NCBI RefSeq assembly: GCF_001194135.2
Contig: NC_068998.1
Coordinates: forward strand, 27,134,354 to 27,198,353
Reading direction: 5' to 3'
Length of the DNA stretch: 64,000 nucleotides
Origin: Octopus bimaculoides
Taxonomy: Eukaryota
In this document: piece after piece, positions 1 through 13,300 of the stretch
How the letters are laid out: every line of letters starts with the position of its first letter
Position numbering within the stretch: position 1 is the stretch's first letter
The notes under the pieces: generated by a model
Databases searched by the model: none
Seen by the model: the letters and a program-made list of their open reading frames with translations, nothing else
Told to the model about the DNA's origin: nothing
Program-made: the position numbers and the translations under genes

Positions 1-1149
1 TTAAAGTTTTTAAGTATAGTGAAGCTGATTTCCCCTCTCATGGAGAGAAGTGTCAGATATAAGCGGAAATAAAACTAAACAATGTACATACAGTGTCAAT
101 TTTCAAATCTGAAAGAACAAAGTAAAATATATTGTTTCCAAGGTGATTCTGATAGAGAAAAATTCGGTAGTGTCTCTACTATTAAAGGATTATGGGTTTG
201 GGGAATGGCCAGGAATACAGATGTCACAATGGTTAATGGTGGAAGATGGAGTGACAAAAAAAAAAAAAAAAAGGAAAATGAACAATGCAACATTAAGGTT
301 TAATACCATTCACAATGTCATTTTGGGTAAATCCATGTTTAAGAAACCTCACAGACTATTCAGGAGTATATGTTTAAAATGTTCTTTTGTATTAAACAGA
401 TTACTGAATTAAATACAATGAATCTGCAAACAAATTTTCTTCATAATAGTGCTAGCCTAAGAGTGCATAAATTAGAGAAGAGAAAGAGAGACTTGCTCTG
501 TATTTATTTGATATTATATGATGTGGCAGAAAAGCATAACAACTGTTTAAAAGTTGAAAAAAGAGAATAAGCTCTCTAAATTTAAGTCTCTATATCCTAT
601 TTATTGTGGATGTATTGTAAGAATGTTGTAATACTGTGGTATCTGTCCTGAGAAAGCATCTCACAGACATTTAATGCTTAGAAAAGAGAAATAACAGCAG
701 CAGACAAGAAATTGTCTCATTTTTCAGAATTATTTTTCGTATCGGCAATAAATAGCAAAAACAATATTAGTCCAAATCAAGAAGATCAAACCAGTCTAAC
801 AATGGGATTGACAAACACTATTTCTTAGTGTCAACTTAATATCACTCCCTACAGAAAAAAAGGAGTTGAAAACCAGCAACCCCTTCAGTTTGTTCTCATA
901 CAAACTATTCAACAGAATGAGTGAATCTCTTGTTTTTGTGTCTGTCATTTCCTGTATAAGAAACTACTGGAAACTGGAGGACTTCCTTGATGGCAATTCT
1001 AAAATATTTTGGTAAAACAGATACAATACAAGATGCTATACTGAATTATAGCATTATAACAACTCAATCATAGCAAAGTTTGAAGTTCTAATCTCGCAAA
1101 CACAATATCATAAGACTTTAACTACTCAACTACAATGCATTCATCAAAG

Positions 1150-1362
1150 GTGCCACTACATGGTTGCTTGACCTGCTAGAAATAGCAGCCAAATTCCCTT
1201 AAATCCCACACCATCATCTTAAATAAGCTGACAGCTATGACTACACCGAATGATGCAGCATTGGATGGATGTACAATGCTTGAATAAAAGGAATGGTTAT
1301 GGCTGAAACACTTTTGATCATAAGTCTACTTAATCAGGGCTGACCTAGGGCTAAACAACAAA
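1150..1362 (+). mobile_element. Interspersed repeat family E (ctagaaatagcagccaaat..ggggctaaacaac tail). Copies also at 14770-14945, 31850-32040, 52810-53310, 57380-57440, 59500-59800, 61135-61270(-)
   Basis: At least 7 alignable copies in the window; class not determined. Confidence 0.7.
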
Positions 1363-1830
1363 GACTATTTATATTATAACATGTGAAATAAAAGTGCTAT
1401 ATCAATATCTAACAACATGGAAGACTTTTAAAATATCTTTGCATGCAGTCCTTGAGTCACATATTTCCACAAAACTGACTTCAGCAAAAGGATTTCAGGG
1501 GATTTATGAATAACATCAGGGAAACAAGAGAAGACCAGGAAAATCAAAAGGATCAGAAAACATTTTTGCTAAAGGGAACAGCTATTTTTCCAAGAAATAC
1601 AAAGCACATCTATCAAAAGTTACTCAGACTGAGGACAGATCTAAGTCATGTAATTTTTCTAGCAATATATTTTTACAAAATATGTAGTTATACAAGATTA
1701 ACTGTGAATAACAATATGCATCTTAATTGACCATAAACTTAGCTTGTAATATATTTTCAAAGTTTCTAGTTAGTGTTCTCTTAGAATTAAGCCCCAAAGA
1801 GAGAGAATTAAAGTAAGGATTAAAGAAACT

Positions 1831-2059
1831 TTACTCCCTTTTGATACCAAGCCACCCAAGACTGCCCTTGGTTCTATGATACAAACTCCCAGCTTCAAAA
1901 TGATCTCAACTGAAAACTTCAATCAAAATCTTATTTTAATTTGTGCTCGTAACACCAACTTAAAAATGACAAAGCTAGTTTACTAAATTCATTATAATGT
2001 TCAAAATTACTTGAAATGAAGGCAGTGTTTCAATAGAAATTCGATAACAAAAGGGTTAA
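1831..2059. mobile_element. piggyBac-like MITE (second family)
   Basis: cccttttgata ... taacaaaagggTTAA termini; left TTAA degenerate. Confidence 0.55.
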
Positions 2060-2155
2060 AGATGAAAACCTTGTGATATTTCATAAATAGAAATGTTAAA
2101 TCTAATACAATGAATTTGCAAACAAACGTTAGCACGCCGGGCGAAATGCTAGAAA

Positions 2156-2380
2156 GGCGGCGAGCTGGCAGAAACGTTAGCACGCCGGGCGAAATGCTTA
2201 GCGGTATTTCATCTGCTACTACATTCTGAGTTCAAATTCCCCCGAGGTCGACTTTGCCTTTCGTCCTTTCGGGCTCGATAAACTAAATATCAGTTACACA
2301 CTGGGGTTGATGTAATTGACTTAATCCCTTGTTTGTCCCCTCTATGTTTATCCCCTTGTGGGCAGTAAAGAAATAAGAAA
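2156..2380 (+). mobile_element. Young tRNA-derived SINE, family A (core gaggtcgactttgcctttcgtcctttcggg, resembling the Nin/Deu-type domain)
   Basis: A/B-box-like head (gagttcaaattcc), CpGs retained, 17-bp flanking direct repeat agaaatgttaaatctaa at 2089-2105 and 2376-2392. Confidence 0.85.
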
Positions 2381-2714
2381 TGTTAAATCTAAGATTTATA
2401 GAATCCGGAAGATTAGAAGCATGGTTAAATTTCAAACTATGTTTAATTTTTAAACATAGCAACTTTTACTAAATAAACTACTGATTTATTCCAGTCTAGA
2501 GTATGTAGAAGTATTTCTTTTAAAAGAGAGAAATGGGATAGTGAGTTTCTGAGCTGCCTCCCTCATTCATTGGGAAGAAACATGAAACATGAAGCTGAAG
2601 AACATAAAATGGTTAGATCACACATATATTTGTATACACACACACACAGCATAGGAAATCCCCAAACCTGCAATATGGAATCATTGGTTACACACGTGCA
2701 CATGCCTGCACACA

Positions 2715-2745
<31 letters not shown>

Positions 2746-5165
2746 TACACAATGGGAAATGAAAATGTGCAGATATGCAGGTATGTTTTTATTTTTTGTT
2801 TTATTTTTGGGGTTTTGTTTTTTTTTGTTTTGTTTTTTTGTTTTTTTTTTTGCGAGAGAGGGGAAGCAAATGCCTAGTTAAAATACTTTTGAAGAACACT
2901 TCAATATTCATTGGTTCCAAGCGTCCAGATATCCATCAATAACAGTTTTACATAAAGAATGTTTGGAGTTTAAACAAGAAATTCTACTCTAGCTTTAACA
3001 CAAACACCAAAAACAATAGGTAAATATCTTAATCTGCAGAAACAAAACGTAACAATCACTGGACAGTTCTATTGTTTCTTATTCTCGCATTTTAGTTTTG
3101 AAATCTCTTTTAATAATAAAAGTTTTTATATAAAAATGTTGCACTTTTTACTTCCTGTCAACTGGTTTATAAAATATTGAACTTATTTTCCATGTTGATT
3201 TCTTTTTTATAAATTTCTATTACATCAGATGAATTCTAAGCAAGGATGTCGTTCATTTTAGAGAATAAGTTTCTTAAGCTTTCTTTTTTTTGTTCTTTTC
3301 TTAATGGGTGAGGTGAAAGAAAGAAAAAAACAATAGCAGGGTATAATTTCTGAAAGAATGTTCCAACACTTTGTTTTCACAAAACAGCTTTAAAATATTT
3401 ACTTGATAATGAGATGAGATTTAATAAAACTAGCAAGAGGTGGGATTCAAAAATAGTTTAGTGAGCAACATCTATGAGAATTAACAAAGTATTAAACTCT
3501 TTTGCTTGAAAGAATGCTAATGCAACTAATCTGGTTTGTATCTTACTTTTCTGGAGTTTTAAAACCATTATCAACAGAAAACCACTTTTGAAGATGACTA
3601 AATCAGCAGCAATAAAATGGTAAGAATTCGAAATTGCTAGATTACTATATTAGAAACACATTTCATATGTATGAATGGTTTAATTAATAATTGTAGGTGT
3701 ATATGTGCACATACATGTAGCCATAAACGCCAAATACTGTTTTCAAAATTACATTATTAACTTGTATGCAGATTGCAGTGTTGAATAATCCGGTAAGGTA
3801 AGTACAACTGCATACATAACAAATACTCTACTGGTTCCAACAATGAGTATTCTAGTCATTCAATCAACTGAACTACCAGTTCAATGTACCATTGTGATTC
3901 AGATTCCACAGAAACTAATATCCTTAACATAATCTTCAAGCAGAATCATTATGATAGTATGGATTAAGGATGGCACGTTCAATTACATGTACAGTATAAA
4001 CCATCTGACGGGCTTCCATAGTTTCCATACACTAAATTTCATTCACAAAGGTTTAGATTGATCCAAGGCTCACCCAAGATGTCAAACAGCAGGATCAAAT
4101 CTGAAACCTCATTACTGCAAAGTAAAATTTTTAACTAATTGACCATACCTCTATCTACACGCACGCACATGCACAAACACACACACAATATCAAAACCTA
4201 CATATCTGTCTGAAAAATTCGTTTTTTATTTCTAATAAATAGTTAGTAGGGAAAAAGCTGCATGTTGGTAAATGCCTAAATGCTCAAAAAAGTTGAGATT
4301 TCCAGGCAATGGAAGTGACCAGCTAATAAACACTTTACTAATACAATCTGTAGGCATTTCAGTAAAAATAAGCAAAACTTTTCTTAAGTTCCACAAGTAG
4401 CTCAAAACAATTACTGTTATCTAAATTCCCATGATAGATCTTTGATTCTGTTTGAAACCAGATCCTTCATTATAGAAAAAATTCAAGCAGTTAACAAAGA
4501 AAGATAACATGTATACATAAGTACATACAAACATACATCCAGTCATTTTGGAAGTTTACTAGCATAACATTAAACATGATAAGAACATGGGGACTGTTCT
4601 CTGCAATACATGTGCTACATCTTCAACTGTAAAGAACAGTGCAATAATTCCAGAGGAAAAACTGTGACCACTAACTTTTGCTCTCTAAGTTGATAGCATG
4701 AACAGAAATAACAATTAATGCTTGTAACTTCTAAAAAGTTTTTGGTTATCAAGTAATATTTTCCTTTCCTTGCAATATCTTCTTTTGTGAGACCCTTCCA
4801 CTACATACACTGTTGCTTTATAGTCTAAACTGAATGACTTTTTGCTTTAACACTAAAGCCATGCAATTGTAAAGCTGATTTAATTTGTAGCGTACAAAAC
4901 AACAGACGAGGGACATATGTGTACATACATGCTGTTTCACAGGGGGAAAATATATAACACCTTTTATGTGGAGGCTTTAAAATCAATTGCAGTTCCATAC
5001 ATACTAAGAATATACAAACAGACAGAATCCTAAAAGAAAAAGATTTTGTCATAAATTCTCTTACCTCACTCTGCATGTATGCTTATGTGTGTGAGTGTGC
5101 ATATATACTATATATCTCAATATAAGCTGTGTAATATATACAGGTACACTAACATATATACATAC

Positions 5166-5223
<58 letters not shown>

Positions 5224-6094
5224 ATGCACGCACACACACACATGCGCATGCATGCACACACACACACATTAGCTTTGATAAATCTTATTTTTGATACATA
5301 ACAGTTAAAATTCTGGCAGTTATAATCATTATCGTGATTCCATTAACCATTTTTTTTGGTGTGTGTGTGTGTGTGGCATAACTGTTTTCCTTGTTGTTGC
5401 TTTCATTGTTCCAATCCAGAAAAGCTTAGATCAACCTTTCTTGTTGTAATCACTATTGTTTTCACTGGTATATTGTGTCACACCTGGTTGTGAAGAACAT
5501 ATGCTTCATCACGGATATAACATACACAAAGTTGGCACATTCAAATGATCAGCATCCAAGAGAAGTTGGAAGGGAACTGAGTAACAGAGAGACAAAACAA
5601 GAAGAGCTGGATGCATCAAACAAGAGGATAACCAGAGAAAGGAAGACAGAGACAAACACATAGTGAAAATTGAAGAGGAGTCGATTTAGAAGATACTGAG
5701 CAAGGAAGACCAAGCATAAGGGACAAAGGGGAAAAAAAACTAAAACGCTATAAAAAAAAAAATTATTAAAAAAAAAGTTTCTGCTAGCCAATTGGTTAAA
5801 TTTGAAGGTTTGAACCAACCAATTTACTTCCCTGCTTTTGAAACTCTTTAAACTAGACAAAGTTAGACTTCCACAAATGACAGTGACCTCCACCATCCCC
5901 TGCCACCTGCACCATCCAATGTTTGGTCACATCATTCTTATTTTTCAGGAGAAGCTATCTCAAAACAACACAATTCAACATGAAGCTCTAGAAGTCAAAC
6001 GGCTTATGAAAAAGAAGTTAAAATCGAATAAGGTTTTTAGACAGTCCAAAAAGACTGTAAGGTAACCTAAATACATATAACTAAACATTTATGC

Positions 6095-6109
6095 ATGTAC
6101 ATGCATGTT

Positions 6110-6141
<32 letters not shown>

Positions 6142-6290
6142 GCATGTATGTGTGTGTATTACACATATACATACATATATAAATATACACATACACACAT
6201 ATACATATATTTATACACACACACACACACATGTATGACCAAGTGCGTTTCATACATATACATGCAAATATTCACACATACAATCATGTG

Positions 6291-6332
<42 letters not shown>

Positions 6333-6581
6333 CACTCATAAACATGTAAGTCAGCTACACAGATTCTTTACTATGCTTTTCAAAATGAAAGGTTTTTTTT
6401 TTCTTTTTGTTGTTGTTGAGAGAGGTGGAATAGTTGACCAAGAGTTGTAGATCATTGAAGAAATTGAAGAATGAGAGGTAGCAACAACAACAACAACAAC
6501 AACAACGACACTGTAACCATATTCTGACCACTGTTATCACATACATAGATTTTACGGGTGGGGAAATTAGAAGAGGTGGGA

Positions 6582-6630
<49 letters not shown>

Positions 6631-6670
6631 AAGAGAGAGAGAGAAAGAGAGAGAGGGGGAGGGAGGGGGA
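6095..6670. repeat. Microsatellite cluster (CA)n, (TA)n, (CAA)n, (GA)n
   Basis: Direct reading. Confidence 0.95.
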
Positions 6671-7039
6671 GGGAGACAATTTTGCCAATTGCCACACTAT
6701 TTTGTTGGCGAGGTTAACTACTTCATGTTATTCCACCATCCAAGTAGTGCAGTCTGTTGTGTTGATGGTAGTAAGGAAATATTAGCATGGTTGAAGCAAC
6801 AGAAAGGAGACAGAACAAGAGTCGAAGAACTGCTCCGGTAACACAGACGTCATAGCTATCCAAGGGATATGTACAAGAAATACACAGGACGTTATCTTTC
6901 TCCATTTCAGTCATCGACAGATGTCAGTAAACATCCTCATCAAGCAGAAATGTACAACACTTTGTTGATTTGTTCTATGTATACCAATGGCGACAGCAGA
7001 AATGATAACAGATCCATATGTAGATATACACAGATACAT

Positions 7040-7290
<251 letters not shown>

Positions 7291-7354
7291 TTTTATATGT
7301 CTATTAGTCTCTGCATGTATGTAGAAAGAAAAGAGCAGAAGAGGGTACAACCCT

Positions 7355-7399
7355 TCACAAGTCAACCCTCTGTCGATAATGTAACATTAATGGTGTGTC
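7355..7399 (-). CDS. PCGF3: PCGF3 last coding exon [14 protein letters not shown]
   Basis: 45 nt incl. TGA (7357-7355); long polypyrimidine acceptor ttttcctttcAG. Confidence 0.95.
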   Translation of the reverse strand, partial: DTPLMLHYRQRVDL

Positions 7400-10300
7400 C
7401 TGAAAGGAAAAGAAAGAAAAAGAAAAACAAGCATTATTATGTAATTAAAACAGGGGAGTACACAATAGTCAAATATATGAATATTAATAAGGATTTAAAT
7501 ATTTTGAATAATCATTTCTCTTCCATCACCCCCCCCCCTCTATCATCATCTCTATTCTGCTCCCTGCCACACACAAAACATCCCCTACCCTCCTACTTAC
7601 TCCTGGCACCTCTTCCCCACTCATTCCTTGAAGGTCCGCTCTGACAACTTATCACCAATTTCCAGTTCCATCCTCACTTCCACCCCAACCCTTTCTTCTA
7701 AAATAGGAGTAGTCATGTAACAAGAAACCTGCTAGGCTCCAACCCTTTTCTCTTATACTTTACCCATTTCTACTCTTTACTCCCCTAGCATAAAGTTCCC
7801 CAAACTCCATTTTATGCTCATAGTCTTGCAGGCTACAGAGCAACAACACTGATGCTGGTGGCACAAAAAAAAAAGCACTCAGTATACACTGTAAAGTGGT
7901 TGGCATCAGGAAGGGTAACTAGCTGCAAAAATCATGCCAAATAGACACCAAAGCATGATACAGTCCCTGAACGCATCAGATCCAGTCAAACTATTCAATC
8001 CATGCCAGCATAGAACATGGACATGTGATAGCCTGGCTCTCTGTCAGTTTTAAAGGATCCAGTCGATCAATCAAAAGAACAGCCTGCTTGTGAAATTAAT
8101 ATGCAAGTGTTGAGCATTCCATAGACATGTGCACCTTTAACGTAATTCTCAGAGAAATTCAGCATAACATGGAGTGTGACAAGGCTGGTTTTGTATACTA
8201 CAGGTACAAGTCATTTTTGCCAGGTGAATGAACTGGAGCAATGATAAATAAAGTGTCTTTCTCAAGGTCACAATGCACTGCTAGGAATTAAACTCATGGC
8301 CTTACAATCATGAACCAAATATCGTGGTCACTAACATGGGAGAAATTTATAAAACATTTAAGCAGAACGTCCTCAATTGTTAATCAGGTAAAATTACAGG
8401 AAACATGTCAACTTACTTTGGCTTGCCAACTTGTGACTGAAATAAATTTCAGCGTATGATCTTTTCCTAGGATGGCATCATTACAGAGAATATCAATCTA
8501 TAAATTAAAAGAAACAATGAAAAACACAGATTAATTTGTAAAATATCAACCATCTTCCACTTTAATATAAAGAGATATTGGGGGTTACCCAGACAGGAAG
8601 GTAAGGATTGGGAAATATCAATGTGCTGTGGTGGTCAAAAGCAACAGGTGAAGTCCAAAGGGATCTTGTGATTCAGGAAGTTAGGAGTGAAGAGGAATGA
8701 AACATGTATGTGAAAGCTATCCAACAATCTTAGTAGGGGTAATGGACGACCTGGGATGCTACAATGCAGAAATCTCTCACATGGAATGACGTATGGCACA
8801 TGGCACCACTTAGATTGAGTTTCATAATAAGAATAACTTATGACTTGCTTCCATCAAATACCAACCTTGTAAAGTGGGGCATGGAAGACATGTCAATATG
8901 TCCCCTGTGCAAGGGCAAACCCCAGTCAATAGACCATGTCCTGAATTCCTGCAAGACTGCTCTCACTGATGGCAAGTACACATAGAGACACAACAGAGTG
9001 CTAGGAGAACTGACCACTTCAATCTGGCACCAAATGCAGTGGGACACAACCAAATCAAAAGTGGCCTTCATAACCAAAGAAAGAAAGAAAAGGGTTGGAG
9101 CGAAGAAGATAAGTAGATATGAATTTGTAGCAGGAGAGAACCTACTTGGACATGAGGATTCTTGGAAAATATCTGCAGACATTGGTGAGAAGTGCAAGAA
9201 CTACCCAGAGTTTATCACCAAGAATGGCTTACAACCAGACATTGTCTTAAGGTCTGAATAGGGTGCCAAAGTGATTCTTATTGAATTATCAGTACCATAC
9301 GAGAACCACATAGAAGAGTAACACATCTTTAAGATGAGAAAATATGGTGAAGTGGCAAAGCAGCTAGGGAGTGTGGGCTACCACTGTACTGTGAAGCCAG
9401 TTGAAGCTGGATCGCAAGGATTCATGGCTACATCAACCTATCAGCTACTCAGGCAGTTAGGTATCAAAGGCCACAGAAGAACTTCCACAATTGAATGCTT
9501 GTCTGATGTTGCTGAAAAGAGCTCATTGTGGATATGAGCAAAGAGGAATGACCAATGGACCTAGTTAAGGATTTCATTGGTTATTTACTGGAATAGAAGC
9601 AAGAAGAGAGTTGGTTCCTTTGTCAGTCAGCCTGGTGGGCTGAAACACAGACCTGGGAACAAAAGAACAACACAGGTTCAAATCCTGGAGACAGGATTTT
9701 GGAAAACAGCAGGAGGACACCAAGGAGTCATGACCCGGGTGGGCCTGGCTTCCATAGAGTGTCGGATATAAGGGTCAAAACACTTGTTGAATGGGAGTTC
9801 TTCCTCTGAAGATCTCTCCTGTTGTGTGCTCACCTTGCAGCAAGTTTCTGTTATACATATTTTGAAGACAAAACTTAACGAGAATATTTACACCAATTAT
9901 CTCTTACTTTTGAAAGAACAAAACTGGATTAACTTGGGAGATGTTGGAATGGAAAAGAATTCCTTGTGAAGAAATAATCAATGAATATTTTCCTCAGTAG
10001 AAAGTGTGAAATGAAACAAAATTCCATACACAAAATAGTTTAGGAAACAAATCTATATCTAAGAAACAATAGACACATTAAAATTTTTTTTAAATGCTTA
10101 TTTTTTTGTTTTCAATCATTATTGAATATTGGAGAAATTTTGCACAGTTTGTAAATTTCAGTTAAATTTTTTTTTACTGGGTGTCGTTCAAAGAAATAAA
10201 TATGTACAATGGTTTGGTTACAGAATTCCAGCTGATAATGACTGTGACTGACATATCATCTTGTTAGCTCACATCAGACAATTGCCACACAACTGGAGAA

Positions 10301-13300
10301 AAGGGAGAGAGAGCTGATGTTTATCTAACGAACAGCAAAGAAATGAGTCACTTTTCCTTTTACTCAAAATCACTGCAAGCAGGTAAAAATAGGGAATGCC
10401 ATCACTGCCACAAAATCCTTATACACAAGGTGCGAGTATCAAGAAGTTTACATCCTAAGCATGTGGTTTCAGGTTCGACCTCAGTGTGTGTGACACCATG
10501 GGAAAGTGCCTTCAACTACAGTCTTTGGTCAACCAAAGCCTTGTGATTGGATTTGGTTAACAGAAACGGAAGAAGCTCAGAGTGTGTGGGGGGAGGGAAG
10601 TGGGGGGGGAGAGAGAGAGAGAGAGAGAATGGCTATAACTGGATATCAATGTCATATAAATGGTGTCCCTGATTTCCAGTCTTCTGTGAAGACATATCCA
10701 GCCACAGAGGGGAACATTACATTGCTTGGAAAGAGGCAAGAGTTGGCAGTAGGATGATTATCTGGCCATAGAAAATATGGCTCAACAACACTTGTGTAAC
10801 CCATGCAATCTTAGAAAATGAACATTAAAACAATATAATATTAGTACATGCATATCTAAGACAATATGTAAAGGGTAGCAATAAAACTATTGATAAGAGA
10901 TTTAAATGGCATACAATGAGATGGTAATAAAAGAACTAATGGTTATAAAATACAATAAATGAGATGACAATGAAGGGATAGTAAAACGAAATAATATAAG
11001 ATGGTCATAAAAAACAACTGATAAAAAGCATTCCATTGAAGGAAACGTTAGGTAAGGTACTTATTAACCCTAGATTCAAACAGATGAAAGACATATTCAG
11101 AAGGAAAAGAATAGGGAGAACTTATTCCACAACTCAGCCATTCTGGGGGAAAAAGCTATATGTATGGAATTTTGTATGTGTGTATGTGTACGAGTGTGTG
11201 TGCATGTGTGGGGAGAGGGAACTAAGAAACACAGATGCAATCTGCAAAATTTAACAAACCAAGTTCTGATGAAAAATCCTCAAAAGGATGAAACCAGAGA
11301 AAGCTCATCTGAACATCTTACATGGAAGTAATGGCAGGAAAGCAGCCAACTTGCATGTTTTGTCAATGATAGAACAGTTGAAGTGATGACAAGAGGTCAT
11401 CTGGACTATGATTTTGATTCAGTATTCTAACAAAAGAGGACAAAACCTGTTTGGAAGAAGTTGCTTAATAGTGTGAGCAGTACTCCATTTTTAGGCAAAT
11501 CTGGTTCTAAAAACACAAATAAACAGAACCCAGTTTTCTGCAACAAAACGCTTTGCTAATAATGTCAGTATGCATGTAAAAGCACCCATGCCGGAACCTC
11601 ATAAAAGCACCAAGTACACTCTGTAAAGTGGTTGGCATTAGGAAAGGCATCAAGCCATAGAAACCAAACCAAAACAGACAAATGGAGCCTGGACAGCCCT
11701 CAAGCTGACAAATGCCTGTCAAATCATCCAATACATGCCAGCATGGAGAACAGACGTTAAATGATGATAATGATGTGTCCCCACAACAAATTTGCTAACT
11801 TTAACAAGTACTATAAAATATTTAAATGATATGAATGCATCTGTGAGATATTGTGTATTTGTATATCTTATATATACAGGACTTTCTGGTTATAAAGACT
11901 GCCAACAAAAGTCAATAAAACACATAAATTTGCATGTTTAATATGACTGCTTACATGAACGCGAAAAATTTGTATATTTGACCATGTTCTTGAAACAGGT
12001 CTTTTATAAAAGTATGCCCTTCCTGAGTCAAAGAATTTAGGACCATACCTATTTTTTAGATAGCTAGGTTAACATAAATAGAGTAAAATGCCTTTAGCTT
12101 TTCTCTGAACATAAATCATTCAGGAAAATATTGCAGCATTTTAGACTTCTGTACTTTTATACTTTCTAAAGTATTGCAATATTCCAATATTTTCAAATAA
12201 GAGAGAGAGAGAGAGCAATAAAGAGATTGCAAGAAAGAGGTGGGTGAAAGACAAAAGAGAGAAAGAAGTAAGAAAGGGCATTAAAAGCAGAAATAAACAA
12301 TTATATATTTACTGTAGTATTTATTTATGAATGAATACCAATTAAAATAACTGCCTATTACTATGAATATACTTGCAATATTAAAAACAGAAATATTAAA
12401 CACAGAAAATAGCTAAACTTAGTTATGTCTACACAGACATACTGAGAACTTTCCACCTCATGTTACAAAACATTTACTGCCAAATAGACTCAGATTTGTA
12501 CTAAAATAATGGAAAATATGGTAGACTTACATCTGTATGCTTAGCTGAACTGTTGAATACTTTCAAAGCAACAAACTTTTTCAGTTGCATTATGGTAGCT
12601 TGTGAAGAGCATCGAATGAATTTACGTTTCAAATTGCGCATCGATACACCTCGACCTTCTAGACAGATGTTAACTTGTTCATCGCTGCGATGATAGTCTT
12701 GGGTGTCAGAATCTGGTGGTTGCGTGTGTGTCCGTTCAGTTTCCACACACTCTTCATTAGCTGGAAATAAAACATGTCAAAGATCATTAACAAATTGAAC
12801 ATGATCAAAACACAATGGAAAAGAAAAAACAGAGACATGAACTGTGTTAACTCTTTCACAACCATATTTTTAATTAATTACTCTGTTTCAGTTAATTTTG
12901 AAAATAATCAATGATTTGAAGAGATCTAGTGACATAACTACTTTTATTAAACTAGTCTTGGAAATATAACAAAAAGTTCAATGAGGCAAAGTTTTAGTTT
13001 AAATATGAACTCTTTAAAATAGTTTATATAACAAAACCAGAAGCAGTCTCCAGTGAGTTTGTATTAAAAGGACTAAGATGATAGTCATATCACTTGTGAC
13101 AGAATGTGCTAAGGAACAGGAGCAGCAATTTTAGCAGCACAATTCAATACACATAAGAGTGTATGGTAGGAATTCCTTCACTCTTTGCAACTGGAAAAAA
13201 CACTATAATTGAAGCAGTGTTTTATGGACAGAGGTTTCAGACCAACCACTGTATTTCATTTTATTTATTAATCTAAAGCAGTGGTTCTCAACCAGAGTCA

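Noticed and set aside
82-412. Short plus-strand ORFs with an exon-like segment (about 143-230)
   Set aside because: No recognisable protein motif, interrupted by a poly-A run, no partner exons found.
13100-13200. Strong acceptor-like ttttttccAG in intron 4
   Set aside because: No suitable downstream donor and early stops; the protein is complete without it.
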